Source of the DNA: Terriglobia bacterium
Lineage (GTDB): Bacteria > Acidobacteriota > Terriglobia > Acidiferrales > UBA7541
DNA: 64,000 nucleotides
Direction: 5' to 3'
Assembly: GCA_963695545.1 (NCBI GenBank)
Contig: OY968796.1
Location: 576,001 to 640,000 of the forward strand
Of the stretch, positions 49,147-59,459 are shown piece after piece. The position numbers were made by a program, and so were the translations under genes. Numbering within the stretch: position 1 is the first letter of the stretch; each line of letters opens with the position of its first letter. The notes under the pieces were generated by a model. It ran no database searches and was not told the origin of the DNA. It worked only from the letters and a program-made list of their open reading frames with translations.

Positions 49147-49782
49147 ATGAAAAAACAACCACAACGTCGCTATCGTTCGACTCACCGCGACCAGCAGGCG
49201 GACCAGACCCGCCGGCGCATCGAGGATGCCGCGCTGCGCCTTTTCTTGCGCAAAGGCGTCGAAGAGACGACCATGCATGCGATTGCGCGCGAAGCCGGCG
49301 TGGCCACGCCGACGGTTTATTCCGTCTTCAAATCGAAACGCGGAATCGTGGAGGGGCTGATCGAACGCGCCCTGTTCACGCCGGCCTACGACGCCCTGGT
49401 GCGCGAAGCGTTGGGCTCGCACGATCCAGCCACGCGGCTGCGGTACGCCGCGCGAATCGCGAGGGGGATTTTCGATTCGCTGCGCGGCCAGGCGAAATTG
49501 CTGCGCGCTGCGAGCGCGATCGTGCCCGATCTGATGCGCGATAAGGAGCGCATGCGATTCGAGCGGCAGGCGGGCCTGGTGGATCTTCTGGTGCGAGCGA
49601 ATGCGCTTCGCCACGGCGTCGATCGGGGCGCGGCGCGCGACATCTTGTGGACGCTTACGAATCGGGAGAACTATCGAAATCTGGTCGGAGAGCGCGGCTG
49701 GAGTTCGCAGCACTACGAAGATTGGCTGGGCGACACGCTGGTCGCCACACTGTTGAAACCGAGACGCGCAAATTCCAAATAA
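49147..49782 (+). CDS. TetR/AcrR-family regulator
   Basis: RIEDAALRLF...TTMHAIAREAGVATPTVYSVFKSK. Confidence 0.93.
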   Translation: MKKQPQRRYRSTHRDQQADQTRRRIEDAALRLFLRKGVEETTMHAIAREAGVATPTVYSVFKSKRGIVEGLIERALFTPAYDALVREALGSHDPATRLRYAARIARGIFDSLRGQAKLLRAASAIVPDLMRDKERMRFERQAGLVDLLVRANALRHGVDRGAARDILWTLTNRENYRNLVGERGWSSQHYEDWLGDTLVATLLKPRRANSK

Positions 49783-49866
49783 ATATGCATCGCGGCATTC
49801 AGCGCCGCGACCGCGTTAGAATAATCGAGTGCGTTCCGGCCAGATGCAGGAACGCGGAGGATTTCG

Positions 49867-50589
49867 ATGCTGCGCACGAACGGAAATAAAATCACCTGGC
49901 TCGGCCATGCGAGCTTCGCCTTCACGACGCCGAGCGGCAGCGTGACCCTGATCGACCCATGGCTTGCGGGCAATCCCGCGTGCCCGCCGGCGCTCAAGAA
50001 ACCGGCGCGCGTGGACGCGATGCTGATCACGCACGGCCACGGCGATCACTTCGGCGACGTGCTGCCGCTGGCGCGCGCGCACAAACCAAAAATCGCCGCG
50101 ATCTACGAAACCGCGAACTGGTTGGAATCGCAGAAAATTGAAAACGTTACGGCGATGAGCAAGGGCGGCACGGTAAAGCTGGGCGAAATCGAAGCCACCA
50201 TGGTGAATGCGTTTCATTCAAACGGCATCGATTCGGGCAAGCCAGACGAGCCCATGATTTATGGCGGCGAGCCGGCGGGCTTCGTCGTGCGCATGCCCGG
50301 CGGCCTCGCGATTTATCACGCGGGAGACACATGCGTGTTCGGCGACATGAAGATCATCGGCGAGCTGTACCGGCCAGACGTCGCCTGCCTGCCAATCGGA
50401 GACCTATACACGATGGGGCCGCGCGAAGCGGCTTACGCGATTCGCTTACTCGGAGTACACCACATGATCCCGATGCATTACGGCACATTCCCGGCGCTCA
50501 CTGGCACGCCCGACGCCTTGCGCGCCGAAACGAAAGGCATTCCGGAGCTTGAGATTCATGTGCTCAAGCCCGGCGAATCGCTTGGCTAG
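49867..50589 (+). CDS. Metallo-beta-lactamase-fold hydrolase (UPF0173-like)
   Basis: WLGHAS, THGHGDH, YHAGDT, PMHYGTF. Confidence 0.9.
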   Translation: MLRTNGNKITWLGHASFAFTTPSGSVTLIDPWLAGNPACPPALKKPARVDAMLITHGHGDHFGDVLPLARAHKPKIAAIYETANWLESQKIENVTAMSKGGTVKLGEIEATMVNAFHSNGIDSGKPDEPMIYGGEPAGFVVRMPGGLAIYHAGDTCVFGDMKIIGELYRPDVACLPIGDLYTMGPREAAYAIRLLGVHHMIPMHYGTFPALTGTPDALRAETKGIPELEIHVLKPGESLG

Positions 50590-50631
50590 GCGCGAGATCA
50601 AAAACTTCAAAGAAGAAAGAGAGAGAATCCA

Positions 50632-51264
50632 ATGCCGGGAGAAATCCTGAACGAAGCGGTTGAACGTTATCTCGAGGATCTGTTGCCGCCGCGCGATGCA
50701 ATCGTCACGGAGATGGAAGCATTAGCGAAACGTGACTCGCACCCTATCGTGGGACCTGTGGTAGCGCGCTTGCTGGCACTGATGACGCAAATTTTAGACG
50801 CGAAACGGATTTTCGAGTTCGGTTCCGCCATCGGCTATTCCACGCTATGTTTTGCGCGAGCTGCGGGATCTGGCGCGGAGGTGCATTACACGGACAACAA
50901 TCCGGAGAACGCCGCGCGCGCGAAGGAATTTCTGACGCGCGCGGGCGTGCTCTCGCGCGTGCGTTTCCACGTGGGCGACGCGCTCGCGTCGTTTCGGCAA
51001 ACGCGCGGCGGCTTCGATTTGATTTTCTGCGATCTCGACAAGAAGCAATATCCCGCCGCGTTGCGATTGGCGCTGCCGCGCCTGAGGCACGGCGGTTTGT
51101 TCATCGCCGACAACACACTGTGGCGCGGAAGCGTAGCGCACGCGTCGGAAGAAGAACCCACGCGCACGATCCAAAAATTCAACCGCATGATTTATGCGTC
51201 GAAAGATCTGCTGCCGGTGATCGTGCCGCTGCGAGATGGCGTGACCATCTGCCGCAAACGCTAG
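50632..51264 (+). CDS. SAM-dependent O-methyltransferase
   Basis: EFGSAIGYS, FDLIFCDLDK, ADNTLW. Confidence 0.88.
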   Translation: MPGEILNEAVERYLEDLLPPRDAIVTEMEALAKRDSHPIVGPVVARLLALMTQILDAKRIFEFGSAIGYSTLCFARAAGSGAEVHYTDNNPENAARAKEFLTRAGVLSRVRFHVGDALASFRQTRGGFDLIFCDLDKKQYPAALRLALPRLRHGGLFIADNTLWRGSVAHASEEEPTRTIQKFNRMIYASKDLLPVIVPLRDGVTICRKR

Positions 51265-51294
51265 CGCAAGCGCGCAGCGTGGCTCACGCGCGCT

Positions 51295-52221
51295 TCAGTG
51301 CTTTTCCACTTCGAGGAAGCGCTCCGCATCGAGCGCGGCCATGCAGCCGGAACCCGCGGCCGTGACGGCCTGGCGGTAATGCCGATCCTGAGCGTCTCCC
51401 GCGGCAAACACTCCCGGCACATTCGTGTGGCTGCCGCGATTTGTGATCAGGTAACCTTCGGCATCCATATCGAGCTTGCCGCGAAAGACCTTGGTGTTCG
51501 GGTCGTGGCCGATGGCGACGAAGATGCCTTCGACCGGCAGCGTCGACTTCTCGTTGGTCTCCACGTTGTGCAAGTCGATCGCTTCGACCGCGCCCTTCTC
51601 AACGCCGTGCACCTTGTCGACCACGGCGGGCGTGATGATGTGAACCTTTTCATTCGCCCGCGCGCGCTCCTGCATGATCTTTGAGGCGCGGAATTCATTG
51701 CGGCGGTGAATCAGATGCACGCGGCTGGCAAACTTGGTGAGGAAGTTGGCCTCTTCGATGGCCGAATCGCCGCCGCCAACGACAGCGATATCCTTGCCCC
51801 GAAAAAAATATCCGTCGCAGGTCGCGCAGGTCGAAACGCCGCGGCCCATGAGCTGCCTTTCACCTTCGAGCCCCAGTAGTCGCGCCACCGCGCCCGCGGC
51901 GACGATCAGCGTTTCGGCCTGATAGGTTTCCGATCCAGCGGTGATCGCGAACGGACGGCGCGACAAATCCACCTCGCTGACGGCGCCGGCGCGAAACTCC
52001 GCGCCAAAACGCTCGGCCTGCTTGCGCATGTTGTCGATCAGCTCGGGTCCCAAAATGCCGTCGGGAAATCCCGGATAGTTTTCGACCATCGTCGTCAGCG
52101 TGAGCTGGCCGCCAGGTTCGTAACCATCGATCACGACCGGCTTCAGACTAGCGCGCGCGGCGTAGATCGCCGCGGTCAAACCGGCGCAACCGCTCCCGAT
52201 GATCACTACTTTCTCCGCCAT
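51295..52221 (-). CDS. trxB: Thioredoxin reductase
   Basis: GSGCAG, GGQL, CATCDG, GGGDSA, IHRR, QAVTAAG. Confidence 0.95.
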   Translation of the reverse strand: MAEKVVIIGSGCAGLTAAIYAARASLKPVVIDGYEPGGQLTLTTMVENYPGFPDGILGPELIDNMRKQAERFGAEFRAGAVSEVDLSRRPFAITAGSETYQAETLIVAAGAVARLLGLEGERQLMGRGVSTCATCDGYFFRGKDIAVVGGGDSAIEEANFLTKFASRVHLIHRRNEFRASKIMQERARANEKVHIITPAVVDKVHGVEKGAVEAIDLHNVETNEKSTLPVEGIFVAIGHDPNTKVFRGKLDMDAEGYLITNRGSHTNVPGVFAAGDAQDRHYRQAVTAAGSGCMAALDAERFLEVEKH

Positions 52222-52396
52222 GAAATTCCTTTCCCTTGGTTTCTTCGCGGGACAGCGCATTAGATGCGCCAGAATCGAGTTTAGCATCAGGCGCATTCGG
52301 AGCAAACTCGTCCCCGCGTGCCCCGAAGCTGGCGGCAAAGGTCCGAGTGCGCGATAATGCCGGGCGGTCACGATCTTCGATTCCAAGGAGAATCAT

Positions 52397-52921
52397 TTGG
52401 CGCGCACCCCAGGAACGTACGCAGTGTTCGATACTTCGCTCGGCACGATCGTCATCCGGCTGTTCGAGAAGGAAGCCCCGAAAACCGTGGCGAATTTCGT
52501 GGGCTTGGCGGAAGGAACTGTCGAGTTTCGCGACGCGCGGACCGGCAAAAAAGAGAAGCGCCCGTTTTACGATGGCCTGACGTTTCATCGCGTAATTCCC
52601 GACTTCATGATTCAAGGCGGCTGCCCGCTGGGCACGGGTACCGGCGATCCGGGCTACCGTTTCGCCGACGAATTTCATCCTTCGCTCAAGCACGACGGTC
52701 CCGGAAAGCTTTCCATGGCGAATTCAGGACCCAACACCAACGGCAGCCAATTTTTCATCACCGTTGCGGCCACGCCGTGGCTCGATCGTAAGCACACGAT
52801 TTTCGGCGAGATCGTCGAGGGACAGGACGTAGCCACGAAAATCTCGGAGACGCCGCGCGATTCCGGCGACCGGCCCAGGCAACCTGTGCTGCTGAAAACC
52901 GTGCGCATCGAGCGAGTTTAG
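52397..52921 (+). CDS. Cyclophilin-type peptidyl-prolyl isomerase
   Basis: APKTVANF, FHRVIPDFMIQGG, NGSQFFIT, HTIFG. Confidence 0.95.
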   Translation: MARTPGTYAVFDTSLGTIVIRLFEKEAPKTVANFVGLAEGTVEFRDARTGKKEKRPFYDGLTFHRVIPDFMIQGGCPLGTGTGDPGYRFADEFHPSLKHDGPGKLSMANSGPNTNGSQFFITVAATPWLDRKHTIFGEIVEGQDVATKISETPRDSGDRPRQPVLLKTVRIERV

Positions 52922-52971
52922 GCGAGCGCGGGCCGCTTCGCCGCGGAGCTTCTTTGCTGACGCCTGCTCAC

Positions 52972-53322
52972 ATGTTTCGGATGCTGAACGAACTGGTCTT
53001 CATCCTTCTAGGGGGCCTACTCGTGTGGCTGGGCCTTACGAACCATTTTTTCTTCGATCCGCGCAAGCCGGCATGGCTGTTGATGGGCGCGGTGCTGTTG
53101 ACTTGGGGAACAGGAAGCTATTGGCGTTCTTCGCGCATCCCGGTGCGAACTTGGCGACTTGTCATGCGAATCCGGGGCGCTACGCTTGGCCTGCTGGGCG
53201 CGCTGATGCTTTCGATGGCTTGGCTCGAGTTTCGCTGGACGGGCGCAGCCCTCGCCGCCGCGGGCATCATCCTGATCCTCCGCGGTGTGGCCAGTGCAGC
53301 GCTCTTTCTCGGAACCGCTTGA
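52972..53322 (+). CDS. Hypothetical small membrane protein
   Basis: Four hydrophobic segments; fills the gap between co-oriented genes. Confidence 0.65.
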   Translation: MFRMLNELVFILLGGLLVWLGLTNHFFFDPRKPAWLLMGAVLLTWGTGSYWRSSRIPVRTWRLVMRIRGATLGLLGALMLSMAWLEFRWTGAALAAAGIILILRGVASAALFLGTA

Positions 53323-53340
53323 CCATCGCGAGGGAGAAAG

Positions 53341-53817
53341 ATGGAAGCGAACACGAAAAAGAAAGTTTTGCGCCTGATTCCTTACGGGCTGTTCGTGGCC
53401 ACTTCGCGCGCGGATCAGAAATTCGGCGCAGGCACAATCAACTGGGTGACGCAGTCGTCGTTCGCGCCTCCGTTGGTGGTTGCCTGCATCAAAGCGGACA
53501 GCACGCTGCACGAAGTGATCGCGGCTTCGCGCGTGTTCGCGCTGCACGTGCTCGCAAAAAACCAAAAAGATATGGCCACCGCGTTTTTCAAGGGAGCGCA
53601 GCCAGAAGGCGACAAACTGAACGGCTATCGCTTTGAAAGCGGCGCAACGGGAGCGCCGATCCTGCTCGATGCGCCGGCGTGGTTTGAATGCCGCGTGGTG
53701 AACGAAATTGGCGGCGGCGACCACACAATCTTTGTCGGCGAAGTGGTGGAGGCCGGCTCCCGCCGCGACGAAGAGCCGCTGACGCTGCATGACACGGGTT
53801 TTTTCTACGGCGGTTAG
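53341..53817 (+). CDS. Flavin reductase-like FMN-binding protein
   Basis: IPYGLFV, SFAPPLV, GAPIL, GDHTIFVGEV. Confidence 0.9.
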   Translation: MEANTKKKVLRLIPYGLFVATSRADQKFGAGTINWVTQSSFAPPLVVACIKADSTLHEVIAASRVFALHVLAKNQKDMATAFFKGAQPEGDKLNGYRFESGATGAPILLDAPAWFECRVVNEIGGGDHTIFVGEVVEAGSRRDEEPLTLHDTGFFYGG

Positions 53818-53874
53818 ACGCGGGAAGAACCGCCCCGTTGCCGGAATTCCAGGATCGTCCGAAAGGAGCCAATC

Positions 53875-54312
53875 ATGTTCAAGGAATTCAAAGAATTCGC
53901 CATGCGCGGAAATGTTCTGGATATGGCTGTGGGCATCGTGATCGGAGCGGCCTTCGGCGGAGTGGTCACATCGTTCGTTGGCGACGTGCTGATGCCGCCG
54001 ATCGGCAAATTGCTGGGCCATGCGGACTTCTCGAATTTGTTCATCAGTTTGAATGGACAGCATTACGACACCGTGGCGGCCGCGAAAGCGGCGGGCGCGG
54101 CTACGCTGAACTATGGCCTGTTCATCAACGCGGTGGTCAATTTTGTTATTGTGGCCTTCGCGATTTTTCTATTGGTGCGCGCGGTGAACCGCATGCGGGA
54201 ACCGGCGCCGGCCCCGGCCGCGACGACGCGGGAATGCCCGCGCTGTCTTTCAAGCGTGCCGCTTAAGGCCACGCGCTGCGCGTTTTGCACTTCGGACTTG
54301 TCGCCTTCCTGA
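53875..54312 (+). CDS. mscL: Large-conductance mechanosensitive channel with C-terminal Cys4 tail
   Basis: [27 protein letters not shown]...[11 protein letters not shown]; tail CPRC...CAFC. Confidence 0.95.
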   Translation: MFKEFKEFAMRGNVLDMAVGIVIGAAFGGVVTSFVGDVLMPPIGKLLGHADFSNLFISLNGQHYDTVAAAKAAGAATLNYGLFINAVVNFVIVAFAIFLLVRAVNRMREPAPAPAATTRECPRCLSSVPLKATRCAFCTSDLSPS

Positions 54313-54354
54313 TTTTCGCCGGCTCCGAGTGGAGCGCGTACGCGACACGCGAGG

Positions 54355-56628
54355 TCAAGTTTTCGGCGGCGGTTCGCACTTAGCGCGATTGCTGCCCAAG
54401 TGGTCGCGCAGCCGCGCGACAATTTCGGCCTCCTGGCCGTTCGCCATGTTTTTCTTCACTTCGTCCAGCGCGAAGTGCACCACATCGTGGTGGTGCAATT
54501 CCTCCGGCGCAAGCAGATCGCTGAAGCGCAGCCAAAGCTGGTGCACCAGGCGCACTTCGTTTGAGGTGAGGTTCGGCGAGTGCGGACCCAGGAGGAAAAA
54601 TTCCTTTTCTCCGGTGGGCGTAAATATCTCCACATTGAAGGGTGGCCGCGGATCGGGCAGCGCTTCCCAGGCGACGCCGATCTGACGCGCCTGCTCGGCG
54701 GCGGTGAATTTGGTGGAGTGTCCCAAGACGATCGTCGAAGATTGCAGCCCGACGGCCGCGCGCACGATGCCGTCCCACGGGTCGGTCGCGCCCACCACGG
54801 CCAGGCGTATGGATTTCCCGCTGCGCTCCGCCAAAGCCAGCGCCTGCGTGAAAAGATACTGCTCGACGCTGCCGAACAATTGTTCGGCATCGAGCTCGCT
54901 TTCGCCCGAGGCGGCCCGGCGCAACACGCGCAGATGCAGGACGACGACGTCGCGGCGCTCCGGTTTGACGCGATCGAGCACCGCCGCCAGGTGATACATC
55001 GCGTGGTAATTGCTCACCGGCACGAGCACGTTCCCGGGACGGCAATCCACGCTCTCCGGCGAAAGCTCCTTCTGCGAAGCCACATTGAATTGATCCAACT
55101 CGACATGGGCCGCGCCTTTGTACTTCTTCCGCGTGTAGTGCTCGGACACTTCAAACACGCCGAACAGTGCGAACGAGAAAATCAAGCCCGCAATCGTCGC
55201 GTCGGGTTTGGTGAACAGATTCACGACGGCCATGGTGAGCAACACCAACGTGATCAGGCCGAGCCCGAGTGGAATTTCCACGCCGCCAATTTTGAAATTG
55301 AGCGGCACTCGATATTCGCGCCCACCGGGATGCGTGTAGCGCAGCACAAGCACCGCGATCCCTTTTGTCGCAAAGCTCCAAATCACACCGAACGCGTAAA
55401 GGTTGCCGAGGAACGTAACATCGCCGCGGCTCGCAACGATGGTGACGATTTGCATGATCACAATCATGTTGATGAGCCGGTGCGAAGTGCCGTACTTGCG
55501 GTGCGGCTGGCGGAACCAATCGCTCAGCACGCCGTCTTCGGAGACCCGGTTGAGCACGCCGTTCGATCCAATGATGGCCGTATTCACCGCGCCCGCCAGG
55601 ATCAGCGTCCCCACGGCAACCACGAACACGTGGAATAGCAGGCGCAGCTTATACGGACCCGCCAGGTTCATCGCCAGCCCGCCGATCAGGTTTTCCAGGA
55701 AGTGCTGGCGAATCGCGTCGGGAATCAGCATCACGGCGAAGATCGAAACCATCGACGTGAATACCATGCTGTACACGAAAATGACTGCGCCCGCCTTTTT
55801 TAGATTCGGCAGCTTGGGGTGTTCGATCTCGCGATAGACCTGGGCCAGCGATTCTTCGCCGCTCATGGCCAGCACGGAATGGCCCAGGCCGACGAAAATC
55901 GCAATCATCGGAATCATGGCGACGATGTGAGTGCCATAGAGCCATCCGAGCGAGTGCCGGTCCATGACCACGTTGCGCGGCCACGGCGCCGGCGGCAAAG
56001 GCGCATGGCGAATCCAAGCGGTGTAAGTGCACCAGACGATCAGGATCACCACCATAACGGTGGTGATCTGCATGATCCGCAGCGCCTTGTGGCTCGATTC
56101 CGGAATGCCTTTAATGTTCAGCCACCAGAAATAGCAGGTGATCAGAATAGCGACCGTCGCAGCGGTGGCGTTCACCGGCAACGCTAGATGGATGCCGGCA
56201 TACGCCAGCATTTCGTTGATCACACCCCCTAGATACTGTCCTGCGGAAACGCCGCTGATCGGGCCAGTGAGGACGTAATCGAACATCAGCGCGGAAACGG
56301 AAAATTTCGCCAGCGTGCCGCCCAGCGCTTCTTTCACCACGCGATAAACGCCGCCGCGCACGAACATGCTGCAGCTTTCGACGTAAATCGCGCGCACGCA
56401 GTACGAGAAAATCATGATGCCCAGCACAAACCAGGGCGCGGATTTACCGATGAACTCCTCGGCCTCGCCGCCGGCGTAATACGCCGACGACGCCAAATCG
56501 TTCAGCACGATCGCGGCGGCGCGCCAATACGAAATGAACGTGAGCATGGCGGTGGTCGCCACAAGCACGCGAGGGATGGTTATGATGCGGGGAGATGCAG
56601 AACCGGGATCGCTTGGGGTCGAGGCCAT
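54355..56628 (-). CDS. APC-superfamily transporter with a cytoplasmic C-terminal domain (KimA/YdaO-like)
   Basis: LNDLASSAYY, GGVY, FDYVLT, SGEES, LYAFGV; about 12 TM plus a soluble tail of roughly 260 aa. Confidence 0.85.
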   Translation of the reverse strand: MASTPSDPGSASPRIITIPRVLVATTAMLTFISYWRAAAIVLNDLASSAYYAGGEAEEFIGKSAPWFVLGIMIFSYCVRAIYVESCSMFVRGGVYRVVKEALGGTLAKFSVSALMFDYVLTGPISGVSAGQYLGGVINEMLAYAGIHLALPVNATAATVAILITCYFWWLNIKGIPESSHKALRIMQITTVMVVILIVWCTYTAWIRHAPLPPAPWPRNVVMDRHSLGWLYGTHIVAMIPMIAIFVGLGHSVLAMSGEESLAQVYREIEHPKLPNLKKAGAVIFVYSMVFTSMVSIFAVMLIPDAIRQHFLENLIGGLAMNLAGPYKLRLLFHVFVVAVGTLILAGAVNTAIIGSNGVLNRVSEDGVLSDWFRQPHRKYGTSHRLINMIVIMQIVTIVASRGDVTFLGNLYAFGVIWSFATKGIAVLVLRYTHPGGREYRVPLNFKIGGVEIPLGLGLITLVLLTMAVVNLFTKPDATIAGLIFSFALFGVFEVSEHYTRKKYKGAAHVELDQFNVASQKELSPESVDCRPGNVLVPVSNYHAMYHLAAVLDRVKPERRDVVVLHLRVLRRAASGESELDAEQLFGSVEQYLFTQALALAERSGKSIRLAVVGATDPWDGIVRAAVGLQSSTIVLGHSTKFTAAEQARQIGVAWEALPDPRPPFNVEIFTPTGEKEFFLLGPHSPNLTSNEVRLVHQLWLRFSDLLAPEELHHHDVVHFALDEVKKNMANGQEAEIVARLRDHLGSNRAKCEPPPKT

Positions 56629-56633
56629 CTTCT

Positions 56634-56691
56634 CTTAGAAGTTCTTAACAGCTGTTTAGGAAGCTCTTAGATTCCGTTTAGGAATTGTTTA
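56634..56691. promoter_or_regulatory. Six phased YTTA repeats; candidate OmpR-family (KdpE-like) binding array
   Basis: YTTA at 56634, 56644, 56655, 56666, 56677 and 56688. Confidence 0.6.
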
Positions 56692-56822
56692 TGGTCACAT
56701 TTTTGGCGCGGGATGTCCACCCCGCGGAACAAGTTCGTTCGCGGACTCTGCGGCGAGGTGTATCGGGCTGATATTGTTGGCTCTTGCGGCGCGTTGGAGA
56801 CGTCGATCAACCGCGAATCAAA

Positions 56823-57230
56823 CTATGCGACGCCCGGGCCAAACTCGCGTTGGCAATCTTCGCACGGACAGATGGTGCGCAAGTAATCGTAACTGTAAAT
56901 TCCCGTCGAATGTCCATCCGTGAAATCGATCTGCAGCGCGTAATTGCCCATGGCATGGGCCGCGCGCGCCTTGGCCTTCGGCTTGAACATCGGCAACTCG
57001 AACGCCGGCGTGGGCGGCGCAGCGACCGCCTGCGGGCCCGGGTTTGCGGCAAATTCGGCCTTTTTCGCGCGCTCGTCATTGCACAGCGCGCACGGGCAAC
57101 GCTCCCGAAGGTAGACGAAATCGTAGTGGCTCGCGTGCCCGTCGGACCACACCACGTCCACGCCCGCGCCGCTTGAAACTTGCACCTTAATATCTGCGGG
57201 TTTTCTTCTGGGATCGATCGGAATGGGCAT
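56823..57230 (-). CDS. DUF971 (GBBH N-terminal-like) protein
   Basis: WSDGH...YLRERCPCALC...GNYALQIDFTDGHSTGIYSYDYLR. Confidence 0.9.
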   Translation of the reverse strand: MPIPIDPRRKPADIKVQVSSGAGVDVVWSDGHASHYDFVYLRERCPCALCNDERAKKAEFAANPGPQAVAAPPTPAFELPMFKPKAKARAAHAMGNYALQIDFTDGHSTGIYSYDYLRTICPCEDCQREFGPGVA

Positions 57231-57232
57231 CG

Positions 57233-58306
<1,074 letters not shown>

Positions 58307-58307
58307 T

Positions 58308-59450
58308 TCATTCGCCTCGCAAGATTTCCGCAGGCCGCACTCGGCCCAGCAAGCGCAGCGGTAGCGCGCCCGCCAACGCCACGCCCACCGAAAGAATTAC
58401 GGTCGCGGGCAAAACTTCCCACCGCGGCGTCACCGCCATCCCGAACACGCTCTCGCCCACCCATTCCGCAAGACCGAGTCCTAAAACGTATCCCAACACG
58501 CCTCCGGCGAGACCGAGTGTGCCCGCCTCCGCCAGAAACAGCCGCACCACGCGCGACACAGGGCCGCCGATCGCTTTCATCAATCCGACGTCGCGCCGCC
58601 GCTCCACCGCCAGCGCGGCCATCGCAGCCAGCACGCACAGCGCCGTCAGCGCCAGAATCAAAGCCACAGTCCAGAACAACAATCCGTGAATTCGACCGAG
58701 CAGCTGACCTTCGGCCTCGGTGAGCTGCCGCACCGGCCGCACTTCGAGGCCCGGCAGCGCCGCCGCCAAGGTCGTTGTGAAGGAATCAAGCTGCTCCGGC
58801 GAACCCGTGACGTCCAACTCAACCAATCCGATGCGCCCCGGCAGGGCCGCCAAATCCTGCGCGACCGGCAAGTTCACGAATATCTGATTGTCTTCGGTGC
58901 CGCCCGCGTTCACCACGCCCGCGACGGTCAGCGAAACCGTCTGCGCGCCGGAATGCAAATCAACCTGGCTGCCCGGCGCCAAGCCAAGTTGCCGCGCGGC
59001 CGCGCGTCCAACCAAACAGCGCGCCGTATCGTCACGCGACGCGATCCATTGTCCTTCGAGCGTCCACCACGAATCCATGCGCGCCACTTCGTCGAGCCAC
59101 GTGCCCGCGACAATCACAGGACTCCCCGAAGTTCCACCGACAACTCCTACGACATAAAGAAATGGCGCCGCGGCCACCACAGCCGGCGTGCGCGCCGCGC
59201 CAATTTTGCTCATGACCCCCGCGCCGTCCAGCGTAGCTTGGTCCGAAGATCCTGGTGGCGACACGACGACGTTCGCGCCAAACGCGCGAAATTCATGCGT
59301 CAATTTTCGCTGCGCGTCCAGATCGAGACCCAGCAACGCCGAGCACACCGCCGCGCCGCTGGTGACCGCGATCAGCGCCAAAATCAGACGCCCGCGCCCC
59401 GCGCGCATCAATTGCCTAAGAATTCGCCAGAACATCGATCGCCGCGCCAA
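58308..59450 (-). CDS. MacB/FtsX-type ABC permease
   Basis: FGANVVV, ERRRDVGLMKAIG, FLAEA. Confidence 0.9.
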   Translation of the reverse strand: MARRSMFWRILRQLMRAGRGRLILALIAVTSGAAVCSALLGLDLDAQRKLTHEFRAFGANVVVSPPGSSDQATLDGAGVMSKIGAARTPAVVAAAPFLYVVGVVGGTSGSPVIVAGTWLDEVARMDSWWTLEGQWIASRDDTARCLVGRAAARQLGLAPGSQVDLHSGAQTVSLTVAGVVNAGGTEDNQIFVNLPVAQDLAALPGRIGLVELDVTGSPEQLDSFTTTLAAALPGLEVRPVRQLTEAEGQLLGRIHGLLFWTVALILALTALCVLAAMAALAVERRRDVGLMKAIGGPVSRVVRLFLAEAGTLGLAGGVLGYVLGLGLAEWVGESVFGMAVTPRWEVLPATVILSVGVALAGALPLRLLGRVRPAEILRGE

Positions 59451-59459
59451 GATCGCCTC

